IMG/VR virus record: IMGVR_UViG_3300027711_000004
Location: 1-43,011 of that record
Origin: a virus
Taxonomy: Duplodnaviria > Caudoviricetes
Strand: one strand, 5' to 3'
DNA: 43,011 nt
The position numbers and the translations under genes were made by a program. This document shows, piece by piece, positions 16,779 to 25,636 of this stretch. A model generated the notes under the pieces. That model was not told the DNA's origin. It saw only the letters and a program-made list of their open reading frames with translations, and did no database searches. Positions within the stretch are counted from its first letter, which is position 1. Every line of letters starts with the position of its first letter.

Positions 16779-17851
16779 ATATACTAAGTTTGTTTGATGG
16801 TATGTCGTGCGGTCAGATTGCACTTGAAAGAGCAGGTATCAATGTAAGTAAATACTATGCGGCTGAGTTAGATAAATATGCAATTACTGTAACTCAGGCT
16901 AACTACCCTGGCACTATTCAGCTGGGTGATGTGACCAGGTGGCAGGAGTGGGAAATTGACTGGTCGAGCATTGATCTGTTGATTGGTGGAAGCCCATGCC
17001 AAGGCTTTAGCTTTGCAGGCAAGCAGTTAGCATTCGATGATCCACGGTCAAAGCTGTTTTTTGTGTATGTAGATATTTTAAACCATATTCGGAGCGTTAA
17101 TCCTGAAATTAAATTCATGCTTGAAAACGTCAAGATGAAGAAAGAGTATCTAGCGGTTATTAGCGAACAGTTAGGCGTAGAGCCTGTGTTTATAAACTCT
17201 GCATTAGTCAGCGCACAAAACCGCCAGCGTTATTATTGGGCAAACTGGGAGTTTGGGCAGCCAGAGGATAAGGGTATTGTTCTTGCGGATATTTTGGAAA
17301 GTGAAAATAATTGGTTGGCCTGTGTTGTTGGTACTTCTGCAAATCGTGATGTAAGGGCAACGGGCGAAAAAGCAGGTTGTTTAACTGCAAATTATTACAA
17401 GGGTGTTATGGCGGCTGGTCGTCCTTTTATAGCAAGCAAGAAGATGATTGGTGAGAAGCTTGATACCAAATACCAAGTTAACCCTGCCGCTATTCGTGGT
17501 CGCTACTTGGTAGATGGTAAGCGTCAAGACGGAAAGATGCTAACAGCAGGACTCACGCAGCAAATGCTAGAAGTTAAAGCCAATCAAAAAACCAACGCAC
17601 TGACCACGGTGCAGAAAGATAACGTTGTCACACCAATGGAACCGGGGCGTTATTCAATAAACAAGCCAATGTGCCAAGGCACAGCAACAAGTTACCGCAA
17701 ATTAACACCAATCGAGTGCGAGCGCCTGCAAACGGTGCCAGACGACTACACAGCTTATGTGAGTAATACCCAACGCTACAAAATGCTAGGCAATGGTTGG
17801 ACGGTCGATGTAATAGCACACATTTTTAAAGAGTTAAGGAGCGCACCATGA
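16775..17851 (+). CDS. DNA (cytosine-5)-methyltransferase
   Basis: SLFDGMSCG (motif I), GGSPCQGFS (IV), ENV (VI), QNRQR (VIII), LTPIECERLQ (IX), LGNGW (X). Confidence 0.93.
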   Translation: MNILSLFDGMSCGQIALERAGINVSKYYAAELDKYAITVTQANYPGTIQLGDVTRWQEWEIDWSSIDLLIGGSPCQGFSFAGKQLAFDDPRSKLFFVYVDILNHIRSVNPEIKFMLENVKMKKEYLAVISEQLGVEPVFINSALVSAQNRQRYYWANWEFGQPEDKGIVLADILESENNWLACVVGTSANRDVRATGEKAGCLTANYYKGVMAAGRPFIASKKMIGEKLDTKYQVNPAAIRGRYLVDGKRQDGKMLTAGLTQQMLEVKANQKTNALTTVQKDNVVTPMEPGRYSINKPMCQGTATSYRKLTPIECERLQTVPDDYTAYVSNTQRYKMLGNGWTVDVIAHIFKELRSAP

Positions 17852-18027
17852 GCAGTCAATGCCCACATTGCGGGGAACACTTAGGGGGTGATGGGCACAC
17901 AAGCGTGATGCACTGCCCATACACTGAAGAAGATACATCTTGTTTAGAACCAGATGCAAATCCGGTACACTGCAACTTTGAAGGCGAGGTGGAAATGACT
18001 GAGGATACCAAGAACTCGCAAGAATAA
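17848..18027 (+). CDS. Small Cys/His-rich protein (59 aa)
   Basis: Translated by hand: MSSQCPHCGEHLGGDG...HCP...EPDANPVHC; aaggag RBS, ATGA overlap. Confidence 0.6.
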   Translation: MSSQCPHCGEHLGGDGHTSVMHCPYTEEDTSCLEPDANPVHCNFEGEVEMTEDTKNSQE

Positions 18028-18194
18028 ACATCACACCAGTGAAACAGGACCGTGAGTATATCTCCGAGGCTCAGGAAGATATTTTCCTTGGCCTTGGAAC
18101 TAGTAGGAGGTATGTTAGGGGCGAGTAGTAGGAACTGAGGGAAGGGAAAGAAAGGGAACGGCACATGGTGCTCGGCACTCGGCACTGGGCCTTG

Positions 18195-18438
18195 TGTATG
18201 TGTTCCCCTTTTTAGAAGATTACGAAAAATTGTCAACGCAGGACAATTTCGTAAAAAACTATCACAACTATCACAACTATCACACTTGCACAAAAACACC
18301 GAAGAACGGGGGTTTTAATGTGTCAGGTTTCAAACAACAAAACTAACACAGCCTAACACAAATACTCGATGTAGGAAGCTCCCGAAATTGTCTCCCATTG
18401 ACAATTTTTCGTAATCTTCTAAAAAAGGAACACATACA
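18195..18438. repeat. ~245-bp inverted-repeat-bounded element, copy B (before terminase)
   Basis: Arms 18195-18236 and 18398-18438 are near-perfect reverse complements; inner pair gacaatttcg / cgaaattgtc; aactatcac x3 at 18257-18283. Confidence 0.9.
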
Positions 18439-18452
18439 TGGGGCGGCCCAGC

Positions 18453-18482
18453 TTGCAAGAGCGGTGGGGGATGTGGTATAAT
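18453..18482 (+). promoter_or_regulatory. Putative promoter of the packaging/structural operon
   Basis: TTGCAA 18453-18458, 18 bp, TG-n-TATAAT 18477-18482; shares gtggtataatgccc with the 4618 promoter. Confidence 0.65.
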
Positions 18483-18515
18483 GCCCACATTACAGGCTTG
18501 TGCAAGAGTGTCCAC

Positions 18516-18917
18516 ATGAAGATCCCGCAAGATGAACGAGTCGAGCAGATATGCAGCCGAGTGGCCGAGGGTATGACTATCCGCGCAATCGCCAAGGAAC
18601 TCGGCATCACAGCCGGCCGCGTTATCCACATCGTCAGCGCCAATGAAGAGGCATCCAAGCTTTATTCTCGCGCCCGTGATGCTGCGTCAGATATATTCGA
18701 GGCCGACATCATCGAAGCAGCTCGGGAAGTGACACCTAGTACAGCGGGCGCCGACCGAGTTAAGATTGATGCCCTAAAGTGGGTTGCAGCCCGTCGTAGC
18801 CCCGCCAAGTACAGTGAACGAATCCGACAAGATCACATTAGTTCTGATGGGAGCATGAGTCCTGCCGCCACGGGTGCAGCGGTGTTGGAGGCTCTGGCGC
18901 GTAAATATGACTCCTGA
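18516..18917 (+). CDS. terS: Terminase small subunit (HTH, Sf6 gp1-like)
   Basis: IC..VAEG.TIR.IAK HTH, YSRAR, KIDALKW.AAR..P.KY motifs; overlaps terL. Confidence 0.85.
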   Translation: MKIPQDERVEQICSRVAEGMTIRAIAKELGITAGRVIHIVSANEEASKLYSRARDAASDIFEADIIEAAREVTPSTAGADRVKIDALKWVAARRSPAKYSERIRQDHISSDGSMSPAATGAAVLEALARKYDS

Positions 18918-20289
18918 ATTAGCCGCCGACCTTAAGACCGACCTACTCAATTTTACGGTTCACATGTTCCGGGAACGCAAGGGCACGGACTTGATGCGCG
19001 CCGCCCACCAAGATTTGATTTGTGCTGCCCTTGAACGTGTCATCATTGGCCATACCAAGCGCTTGATTATCAACATGCCACCTCGGTCTGGAAAAACCGA
19101 GCTAGCTGTGGTGAGTTTCATTGCGTGGTGTATGGGCAACTGGCCCCATAGTCATTTCATCCACGCCAGTTATTCCAAGCGGTTGGCCGCCACCAACACT
19201 TATGCCGTGCGCTCGGTTATGCAACACGAAGGCTACGCCCAGATTTTTCCAGGTGTTAAGCTAGCGGGTGACAGCACGGCCAAAGACGAGTTCCGCACGA
19301 ACGCGGGTGGCGTCGTCTACGCGGCAGGCTCTGAGGGCACAATCACTGGGTACGGCGCTGGTTCAATGGACGACCACTTTGGTGGCGCTATTGTCATTGA
19401 CGATCCACACAAGGCCGGCGAAGCAAACAGCGCCATCATGCGCCAGAACGTGATCGACTGGTTCAGCACGACCATGGAGAGCCGGAAGAACAGCCCCGAC
19501 ACGCCAATCATCATAGTCATGCAGCGTCTTCATGAGAATGATCTCACAGGGTGGCTACTGGGTGGTGGCAACGGCGAGCACTGGGAACATTTGTGTATTC
19601 CGGCGGTCAATGAGCAAGGTGAGTCATTCTGGCCTGAGCAGTTCCCACTAGATATGTTGGAGCGTCTGAAGGCTAGCAACAACTATGTCTATGCTGGGCA
19701 ATATCTGCAAACCCCAGCCCCGCTCGGCGGCGGTGTGTTCAAGGAGTCGTGGCTCCGCTATTGGACTACGTTACCGAAGATCGAGCATTGCATGATTTAT
19801 TCGGATACCGCCCACAAGACAGGGCAGGAGAATGACCGGAGTTGGTTCCAGTTGTGGGGCAAGGGTAAAGACGGCAACGCCTACCTAATCGACATGATCA
19901 TGGGTAGATGGGAGTCTCCGCAGTTGCTCGCTAACGCCAAGGCATTTTGGGACAAGTGCAGGGCTAACGCTCCGGCCACCGTCAGAAAGTTGAAGATCGA
20001 GGACAAGGCCAGTGGTATTGGATTGGTGCAGCAACTCAAACAAGAAGGGATCCCAGTGGAAGGAATACCGCGAAACCGTGACAAGTTAACCAGAGGGTAC
20101 GATACCGCCCCTATGGTCGAGGCAGGGCGTGTGTTCTTGCCAGAGCGACACCCAGCTTTATCTGATATGTTGCACGAGATATCGTTGTTCCCTGTGGCAA
20201 CCCATGATGACGCAGTGGACCCGTTTATGGATGCGATACAGGATATGTTAATCGAGAGGAGTCACTACTCATGGTCAGGTTTTCTCTAA
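18907..20289 (+). CDS. terL: Terminase large subunit
   Basis: INMPPRSGKT Walker A, IVIDDPHK Walker B, MQRLHEND, YSDTA, IEDKASG, HDDAVD nuclease motifs. Confidence 0.95.
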   Translation: MTPELAADLKTDLLNFTVHMFRERKGTDLMRAAHQDLICAALERVIIGHTKRLIINMPPRSGKTELAVVSFIAWCMGNWPHSHFIHASYSKRLAATNTYAVRSVMQHEGYAQIFPGVKLAGDSTAKDEFRTNAGGVVYAAGSEGTITGYGAGSMDDHFGGAIVIDDPHKAGEANSAIMRQNVIDWFSTTMESRKNSPDTPIIIVMQRLHENDLTGWLLGGGNGEHWEHLCIPAVNEQGESFWPEQFPLDMLERLKASNNYVYAGQYLQTPAPLGGGVFKESWLRYWTTLPKIEHCMIYSDTAHKTGQENDRSWFQLWGKGKDGNAYLIDMIMGRWESPQLLANAKAFWDKCRANAPATVRKLKIEDKASGIGLVQQLKQEGIPVEGIPRNRDKLTRGYDTAPMVEAGRVFLPERHPALSDMLHEISLFPVATHDDAVDPFMDAIQDMLIERSHYSWSGFL

Positions 20290-20346
20290 TGTTATTGCAA
20301 TCCACATGCAGCTGTGTAATTGGCAAACACAAAAATGGTGGTGCAT

Positions 20347-21663
20347 ATGCGCATATTGACTAACATAGCTGACGGCCTGCGCAATGTTGTTGCCAATTTA
20401 GGCACAGCTAGAGACAAGACCGCGCACACCCAGTACGTCGATACGATGTACGATCCGCAAGACTTGCTGACCACCTACGCGGTTAGTTGGGTAGCGCGCG
20501 CTGGTGTTGATCTACCCGCAGAAGACGCTGTGCGAAAATGGCGCTCGTGGCGCGCCGGTGCTGAGCAGATCAGCAAGATTGAGGCAGTCGAAGAACAGCT
20601 AGGTTTGCAGTCAAAACTACAAGAGTGTTTGATTAGTGCACGTTTGCTGGGTGGTGCAGCAATCTATATCAATACCGCTGCGCCCGATAAATCACTGCCC
20701 CTGGGCGAAAACGAGCAGCTAAAGTCTATCGTGGTGATGACGCGCAACACGTTAAGGGCTGAACCAGCCGTAAAGGACATCGACAGCGAATACTACGGTA
20801 TGCCAGAGTTTTACACATTAAACAGTGGTGAAAACGGCGAGCGTGTAACAATCCATGCGAGCCGTTTTGTAATCCTGCACGGTGCGCACACGGTTAAAGA
20901 TCCCGCATACTCGACCAATGATTCAGCGTGGGGCGACAGCGTAATCAAGGCCGCGCGAGATGCGCTCAATCAGCGCAATAGCACGATGGCAAACATTGCC
21001 AGCTTGATTTTTGAAGCCAAGGTCGATGTATTCAAGTTCAAAGGTTTTGCCGACATGCTAGCCTCGAACCAAGATGATGCGATTATCAGCCGAGCGCACT
21101 TGCAAGCTGCAATGAAGGGTATTAACGGCGCGGTCGTTATCGACGGTGAAGATGAGTACGACCAGAAAACAGCATCGTTCGGAAGCTTGCCTGAGGTTAT
21201 AGCAAAATTCCAAGAAGAGGTATCCGGTGCATTCCGCATACCTGTTACGCGTTTATTTGGTCGTTCAGCTGCTGGTTTATCTGGTCAAGGAGACGGAGAC
21301 GAGCGCGTGTATTATGACCGTGTTGCCCATGAGCAAGCGACCTGCATCGGCCCTGCAATGCGCAAGTTAGACCGATTAATCGTTCGCCAAGCGCTAGGCA
21401 GTAATCCGCTAGAAGTGTACTACGAGTGGCGACCCCTGCGACAGAGCACAGAGCTTGAGCGGGCTGATATATTTGGCAAGGTGGCTAGTGGTGCGCGTGC
21501 AATTGCCGGCAGTACAACGGGTGAGATTATCCCACTCGATGCGCTATCCGATAGCCTAGTAAACGAACTTACAGAATTGGGCGTGTTGCCTGGACTAGAA
21601 AAATCAATCGAGGAATACGGCACGTTATCCGAGCAAAACAGTTTTACTGAGGGTGAACTATGA
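20347..21663 (+). CDS. Portal protein (DUF1073-type)
   Basis: Follows terL; PAEDAVRKWR, IHASR, IPVTRLFG.S..GL...G..D...YYD motifs. Confidence 0.88.
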   Translation: MRILTNIADGLRNVVANLGTARDKTAHTQYVDTMYDPQDLLTTYAVSWVARAGVDLPAEDAVRKWRSWRAGAEQISKIEAVEEQLGLQSKLQECLISARLLGGAAIYINTAAPDKSLPLGENEQLKSIVVMTRNTLRAEPAVKDIDSEYYGMPEFYTLNSGENGERVTIHASRFVILHGAHTVKDPAYSTNDSAWGDSVIKAARDALNQRNSTMANIASLIFEAKVDVFKFKGFADMLASNQDDAIISRAHLQAAMKGINGAVVIDGEDEYDQKTASFGSLPEVIAKFQEEVSGAFRIPVTRLFGRSAAGLSGQGDGDERVYYDRVAHEQATCIGPAMRKLDRLIVRQALGSNPLEVYYEWRPLRQSTELERADIFGKVASGARAIAGSTTGEIIPLDALSDSLVNELTELGVLPGLEKSIEEYGTLSEQNSFTEGEL

Positions 21664-22769
21664 GATTTTTAGACAGCGTAACAACCGGCCAACCGCGAAT
21701 TACAAGTGACGGCTATCTGGTTGCAGATGTAAAGGCAGCACGCACCGGCATCCAGTTGTACACAGGCGCAGAGTTGGGGCGACCTGATCTTGATGTTGTG
21801 CGTGTGTATCGCCCCGAGGCTGAGGTTTTCCACAAGGACAGCTTAGCGAGTTACGCGCACAAGCCATCGGTAAACGGCCACCCAGATGAGCCGGTGACTG
21901 CTGACAACTGGAAACAGGTTGCCACTGGACAGCTAGGCGGTGACGTGGTGCGCGACGGTGACCATGTACGCGTACCATTAGTGCTAATGGATTCGCAGGC
22001 TATCGCCGACTACAATAACGGCCGCCGTGAGTTGTCAATGGGCTACACGTGCAAGATCGAGTTTGATAGCGGCGTAACAGATAACGGCGAAGAATACGAC
22101 GCCGTGCAGCGCAATATACGAATAAACCATATTAGCCAAGAACAGCACGGGCGTGCTGGGACTGCTAGAATAGGTGACGCATGGGGCGTTGCCCCGATTA
22201 ACGATAACGCAAAACAGGGCATCACGCCCAAAACCACTAAGGAGGGTCTTATGACCACTAAAACCGTTGTATTGGGCGACAAGGCGGTACAGGTACTCGC
22301 TGAGGATGCCGCAGAAGTTGAACGATTCAAGGATGCCGCCGCTCAAGCGCTGGCTGATACTGAATCAAAACACGAACAAGTATTAGCAGCGAAAGATGCT
22401 GAACTTGAGAAGTTACAAGCACAGTTAGATGACGCTAAAAGCAAAATCTTGTCTGATGCTGACATTGACACTAAAGCAGCAGCGCGTGCTGAGCTGATTG
22501 CTACTGCAAAGAAAATCGCACCTGATGCTGAGCTTGCAGGTTTATCAGACTCCGCTATCCGCAAAGCTGTAGTTACCGCCCGCTTGGGTGATACCGCTAT
22601 CGCCGATAAATCGGACGCGTACATCGATGCGCGATTTGATATTCTCGCAGAAGATGCTGCTCCGGCTGATCCAGTCAGGGACGCTTTATTTAAAATCACC
22701 AACGATAGCGCGGACGATGGTCACAGTGCATACGTTGCTCGTTTAACTCGCAATAACAAGGAGGCCTAA
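21660..22769 (+). CDS. Head maturation protease/scaffold (DUF2213-type)
   Basis: ARTGIQ.Y, HP...VTADNW, ELSMGY, QRNIRINH, GRAG motifs; coiled-coil C-terminus. Confidence 0.85.
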   Translation: MRFLDSVTTGQPRITSDGYLVADVKAARTGIQLYTGAELGRPDLDVVRVYRPEAEVFHKDSLASYAHKPSVNGHPDEPVTADNWKQVATGQLGGDVVRDGDHVRVPLVLMDSQAIADYNNGRRELSMGYTCKIEFDSGVTDNGEEYDAVQRNIRINHISQEQHGRAGTARIGDAWGVAPINDNAKQGITPKTTKEGLMTTKTVVLGDKAVQVLAEDAAEVERFKDAAAQALADTESKHEQVLAAKDAELEKLQAQLDDAKSKILSDADIDTKAAARAELIATAKKIAPDAELAGLSDSAIRKAVVTARLGDTAIADKSDAYIDARFDILAEDAAPADPVRDALFKITNDSADDGHSAYVARLTRNNKEA

Positions 22770-22771
22770 TC

Positions 22772-23260
22772 ATGGCTTTAATTCCTAACGCAACAACCAT
22801 GCCGCGCGGTATTGTCGGCACATGGGCAAACATGGAAGAAGACAACGCGCGTACCGGCGTTGCTTCAGTCGAGTTTGCTTCTGGTATTCCACTGCAGCGC
22901 GCAACCGGCGACCAAGAAGTCGCTCCACTGACTGACGGTAACGTATTCGTAGGTATCGCATTACGCAATGTCGATATGTTTGGTACACCAACCACCGCCG
23001 ACGACGCTGCTACTTTTGCAGTTGGCGACCTGTTAGGCGTTGCCGATATGGGTACCGTGTTTGTATTGGCAGGCGAGGATGTGACAGAAGGCGCTAAGCC
23101 GTTCTATGATCCAGCCACACGCAAGTTCCATGGTTCGAGCGCAAGCGATCGATTACCATTAGACGGCTGCGAGTTCGATGAGGCAGCAGCAGAGGGCAGC
23201 GCAGTAGGTTTGCGTATTCGTTTAACACCGGGTTCAGCTGCTGTCACCGCAGTAGAATAA
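22772..23260 (+). CDS. Head decoration/cement protein
   Basis: 162 aa, between protease and capsid genes. Confidence 0.7.
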   Translation: MALIPNATTMPRGIVGTWANMEEDNARTGVASVEFASGIPLQRATGDQEVAPLTDGNVFVGIALRNVDMFGTPTTADDAATFAVGDLLGVADMGTVFVLAGEDVTEGAKPFYDPATRKFHGSSASDRLPLDGCEFDEAAAEGSAVGLRIRLTPGSAAVTAVE

Positions 23261-23272
23261 GGAGCAACCATT

Positions 23273-24262
23273 ATGAGTCAGATTATCACAGATGCGCAGG
23301 GCCTTAACTTCCTGCGCCAACAAACGCGCGTACAATCAGCACGTGCATTTAACGTCGAGTACGACATTGTTGACTATGCGTCACTTGTACCGGTCAATAC
23401 CGATTACCCAGAGTGGGCAAGCGGTGCTGACTTCCAAGTCGGCGACATGGCGGGCGCTGCTAAGTGGCAGTCAGGCTGGGCAGAAGATGTGCCTAAAGCT
23501 GATGTTTCGCTAATGAGCATCGGTGTAGACTTTGCGATGTACGCAGTCGGTTACGACTACAACGTCGAGGAGTTAGGCAAGGCAATGCACGCTGGCTTCC
23601 CATTGACCGCTCGCAAAGCCATTGCAGCACGTCAAGCAGCAGACATTTTCTGCGCTGAAACGGCGCTGTATGGTGGTGGTCACAAAGGTTGGACCGGTTT
23701 AATTAACAAAACTGGTGTAACTCCTGTAGTGGCGCCAAACAATGGTACTGGCTCTGCTCGTAACTGGGTAGATGCAAACGGTGTTGGCCTGAAAACACCT
23801 GAGCAGATCGTTACTGAGCTAAACAGTTTGCTGCAAGGTCCTCCTAGCGCGTCTGGTGTCATGACCAGCTTGTTAGGTGATACGATCCTGTTACCGGCTG
23901 TTGCGATGAACCACATCACAAACACGCCTTACGGTGTGACCAGTCCTAACAAAACGATTTTCCAGTATTTCATGGAGAATAACGTTACGACTCAACGCAC
24001 TGGTCGCTCAATCACAATCCGTGAATTACCAGCGCTTGCAACGGCTGGTATCGGTTCAGTGGATGGCCAAGGCCGTGCAGTGGGATACCGCAACTCACCG
24101 GATGCGATTGAGTTCCCAATGCCGATGCCCTACCGCTTCCTCGACGTGCATCAGCACGGCCCGATGCAGTGGCAGATCCCAGGCATTGGTCGTGTGGGTC
24201 AGTTAACGCTGATCCGTGACGGCGCTCTGCGCTACTTGGACGGCATTACCCCAGCGCTATAA
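23273..24262 (+). CDS. Major capsid protein (DUF2184-type)
   Basis: 329 aa; gene position, GYDYNVEEL, TGLIN, terminal YLDGI. Confidence 0.88.
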   Translation: MSQIITDAQGLNFLRQQTRVQSARAFNVEYDIVDYASLVPVNTDYPEWASGADFQVGDMAGAAKWQSGWAEDVPKADVSLMSIGVDFAMYAVGYDYNVEELGKAMHAGFPLTARKAIAARQAADIFCAETALYGGGHKGWTGLINKTGVTPVVAPNNGTGSARNWVDANGVGLKTPEQIVTELNSLLQGPPSASGVMTSLLGDTILLPAVAMNHITNTPYGVTSPNKTIFQYFMENNVTTQRTGRSITIRELPALATAGIGSVDGQGRAVGYRNSPDAIEFPMPMPYRFLDVHQHGPMQWQIPGIGRVGQLTLIRDGALRYLDGITPAL

Positions 24263-24281
24263 TGCTGGGTATGTGAAAACC

Positions 24282-24315
24282 AAGCCTCACGGATCAAACT
24301 CTGTGGGGCTTTTTA
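24282..24315 (+). terminator. Rho-independent terminator after capsid gene
   Basis: aagcctcacgga-loop-tctgtggggctt followed by a T run. Confidence 0.7.
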
Positions 24316-24332
24316 CTTCTGAGGTGATGGAT

Positions 24333-24539
24333 ATGTACAGAATACAAAACTTGGTTAACAGTCCGTACCAGATTGGTGATAAAACAATTCCAGCACGTGG
24401 CGTGTTAGAGTGTGATGATTTAACAGCAATAGAACTCAACTTGATAAAGTCAGTAGGCTATTTCAAGATTGAAGAAATCGAGAAGGCTAAACCTGCTAAG
24501 GCTAAACCAGCTAAGCGTCCTGCTAAAAAAGAGGCATGA
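24333..24539 (+). CDS. Hypothetical protein with Lys/Pro/Ala-rich tail
   Basis: gaggtg RBS; AKPAKAKPAK C-terminus. Confidence 0.7.
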   Translation: MYRIQNLVNSPYQIGDKTIPARGVLECDDLTAIELNLIKSVGYFKIEEIEKAKPAKAKPAKRPAKKEA

Positions 24540-24540
24540 T

Positions 24541-25035
24541 ATGGCATACGGCACAGATGATGGTTTCATAGAATGGCTTGACGCGCAAGGATTGCCATCG
24601 CCGACTGGCGACCCTGCTGTATTACGGCAGATCGGCAGCAACTACATTGATGCGGCTTATGAAGCGCGCCTGAATTGTAGCAGCCGTACGGGTGGTTTTA
24701 ACCAGTTACTCGCATGGCCTCGCAAAGGCCACAAAATGAACGGCCAGACCGTGCCTAGTGATCTTGTGCCGCAAGCTTGGATTAATGCCGCTTATCGTGC
24801 AGCTTATCTTGAAGACACAACGCCGGGATGGGCGACAAAAGGTACAGATGCGAGCCGCCAAACCAAGCGCGAAAAAGTTGATACGATTGAGCGCGAGTTC
24901 TTCTCGGCGGCAGATGCAGCAGGCACAGATGCGGCAGCAGGTATGCCGTCCGATAGCATCATCAACGGCATGGTTTTGCCGTGGTTGTGCAAGCAAGGCG
25001 TGCGAGATCCTAATTCTTTGTTCAGGGTGATCTGA
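24541..25035 (+). CDS. Head-tail adaptor (DnaT-like family)
   Basis: YID..Y, QLLAWPR, KREKVDTIEREF motifs; gene position. Confidence 0.75.
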   Translation: MAYGTDDGFIEWLDAQGLPSPTGDPAVLRQIGSNYIDAAYEARLNCSSRTGGFNQLLAWPRKGHKMNGQTVPSDLVPQAWINAAYRAAYLEDTTPGWATKGTDASRQTKREKVDTIEREFFSAADAAGTDAAAGMPSDSIINGMVLPWLCKQGVRDPNSLFRVI

Positions 25036-25036
25036 T

Positions 25037-25429
25037 ATGGCTGACTTCTACGACGACATGGCAACAATGACCAACGAGTTACTAGCCCCAACGTCAAGTG
25101 GTGGTCTAGGTCAAGGTGTGGTGAAACTCATTCGCGTAACGCCCGGTGTTCCAGATTCTGATAAGCCGTGGTTGCCTGTGGAGCCAACCGAGAAACCAGA
25201 AACGCTAAAGGCTGCTGTCAGGGGTGTAGATTCACGATTGGTAGGTACGGAAGTCGGCAGTGCTGTTATCCTTGCGAGCGACAGGCAGGTCATTTGTGCT
25301 CCACCAGCAATGGGGTATCAGGCCGGTGATGCTATGTCGATTGACGGCGTGCGAGTGACCATTCTATCCGTTGAGCGTATACCGGCGGCTGGCACTGTGT
25401 CGGCGGTAAGGTTTATTGTCAGGGGTTGA
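25037..25429 (+). CDS. Head closure/stopper protein
   Basis: 130 aa after the adaptor; FYDDM..M..ELL, IPAAGT motifs. Confidence 0.7.
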   Translation: MADFYDDMATMTNELLAPTSSGGLGQGVVKLIRVTPGVPDSDKPWLPVEPTEKPETLKAAVRGVDSRLVGTEVGSAVILASDRQVICAPPAMGYQAGDAMSIDGVRVTILSVERIPAAGTVSAVRFIVRG

Positions 25430-25635
25430 TCATGATATATACCATTGCAAACACTGTTAAAATCGGCAAACCTGTTAGGGTTTTCGTTAACGATAATGAG
25501 GTCGAGAACGCCATGTCAGCAGATACATCCAGAGGGGTTGTTGTGTATGCGCCGAAACCTGTTCGAGTTAAAAAAGGCGCGGATTATATATACACTCGCG
25601 AACTACGCGGGAAAGTGACAGTGGAGCCATGCTGA
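25426..25635 (+). CDS. Hypothetical small protein
   Basis: 69-aa ORF filling the gap between neck genes. Confidence 0.6.
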   Translation: MIMIYTIANTVKIGKPVRVFVNDNEVENAMSADTSRGVVVYAPKPVRVKKGADYIYTRELRGKVTVEPC

Positions 25636-25636
25636 T

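Noticed and set aside
18195-18438. MITE or IS element
   Set aside because: It has terminal IRs, but no target-site duplication or transposase is evident, and both copies sit at functional module starts; kept as an origin/pac-like element.
20347-21663. Anti-CBASS Acb1 (a label often attached to DUF1073 proteins)
   Set aside because: Size and position between terL and the protease identify it as the portal.
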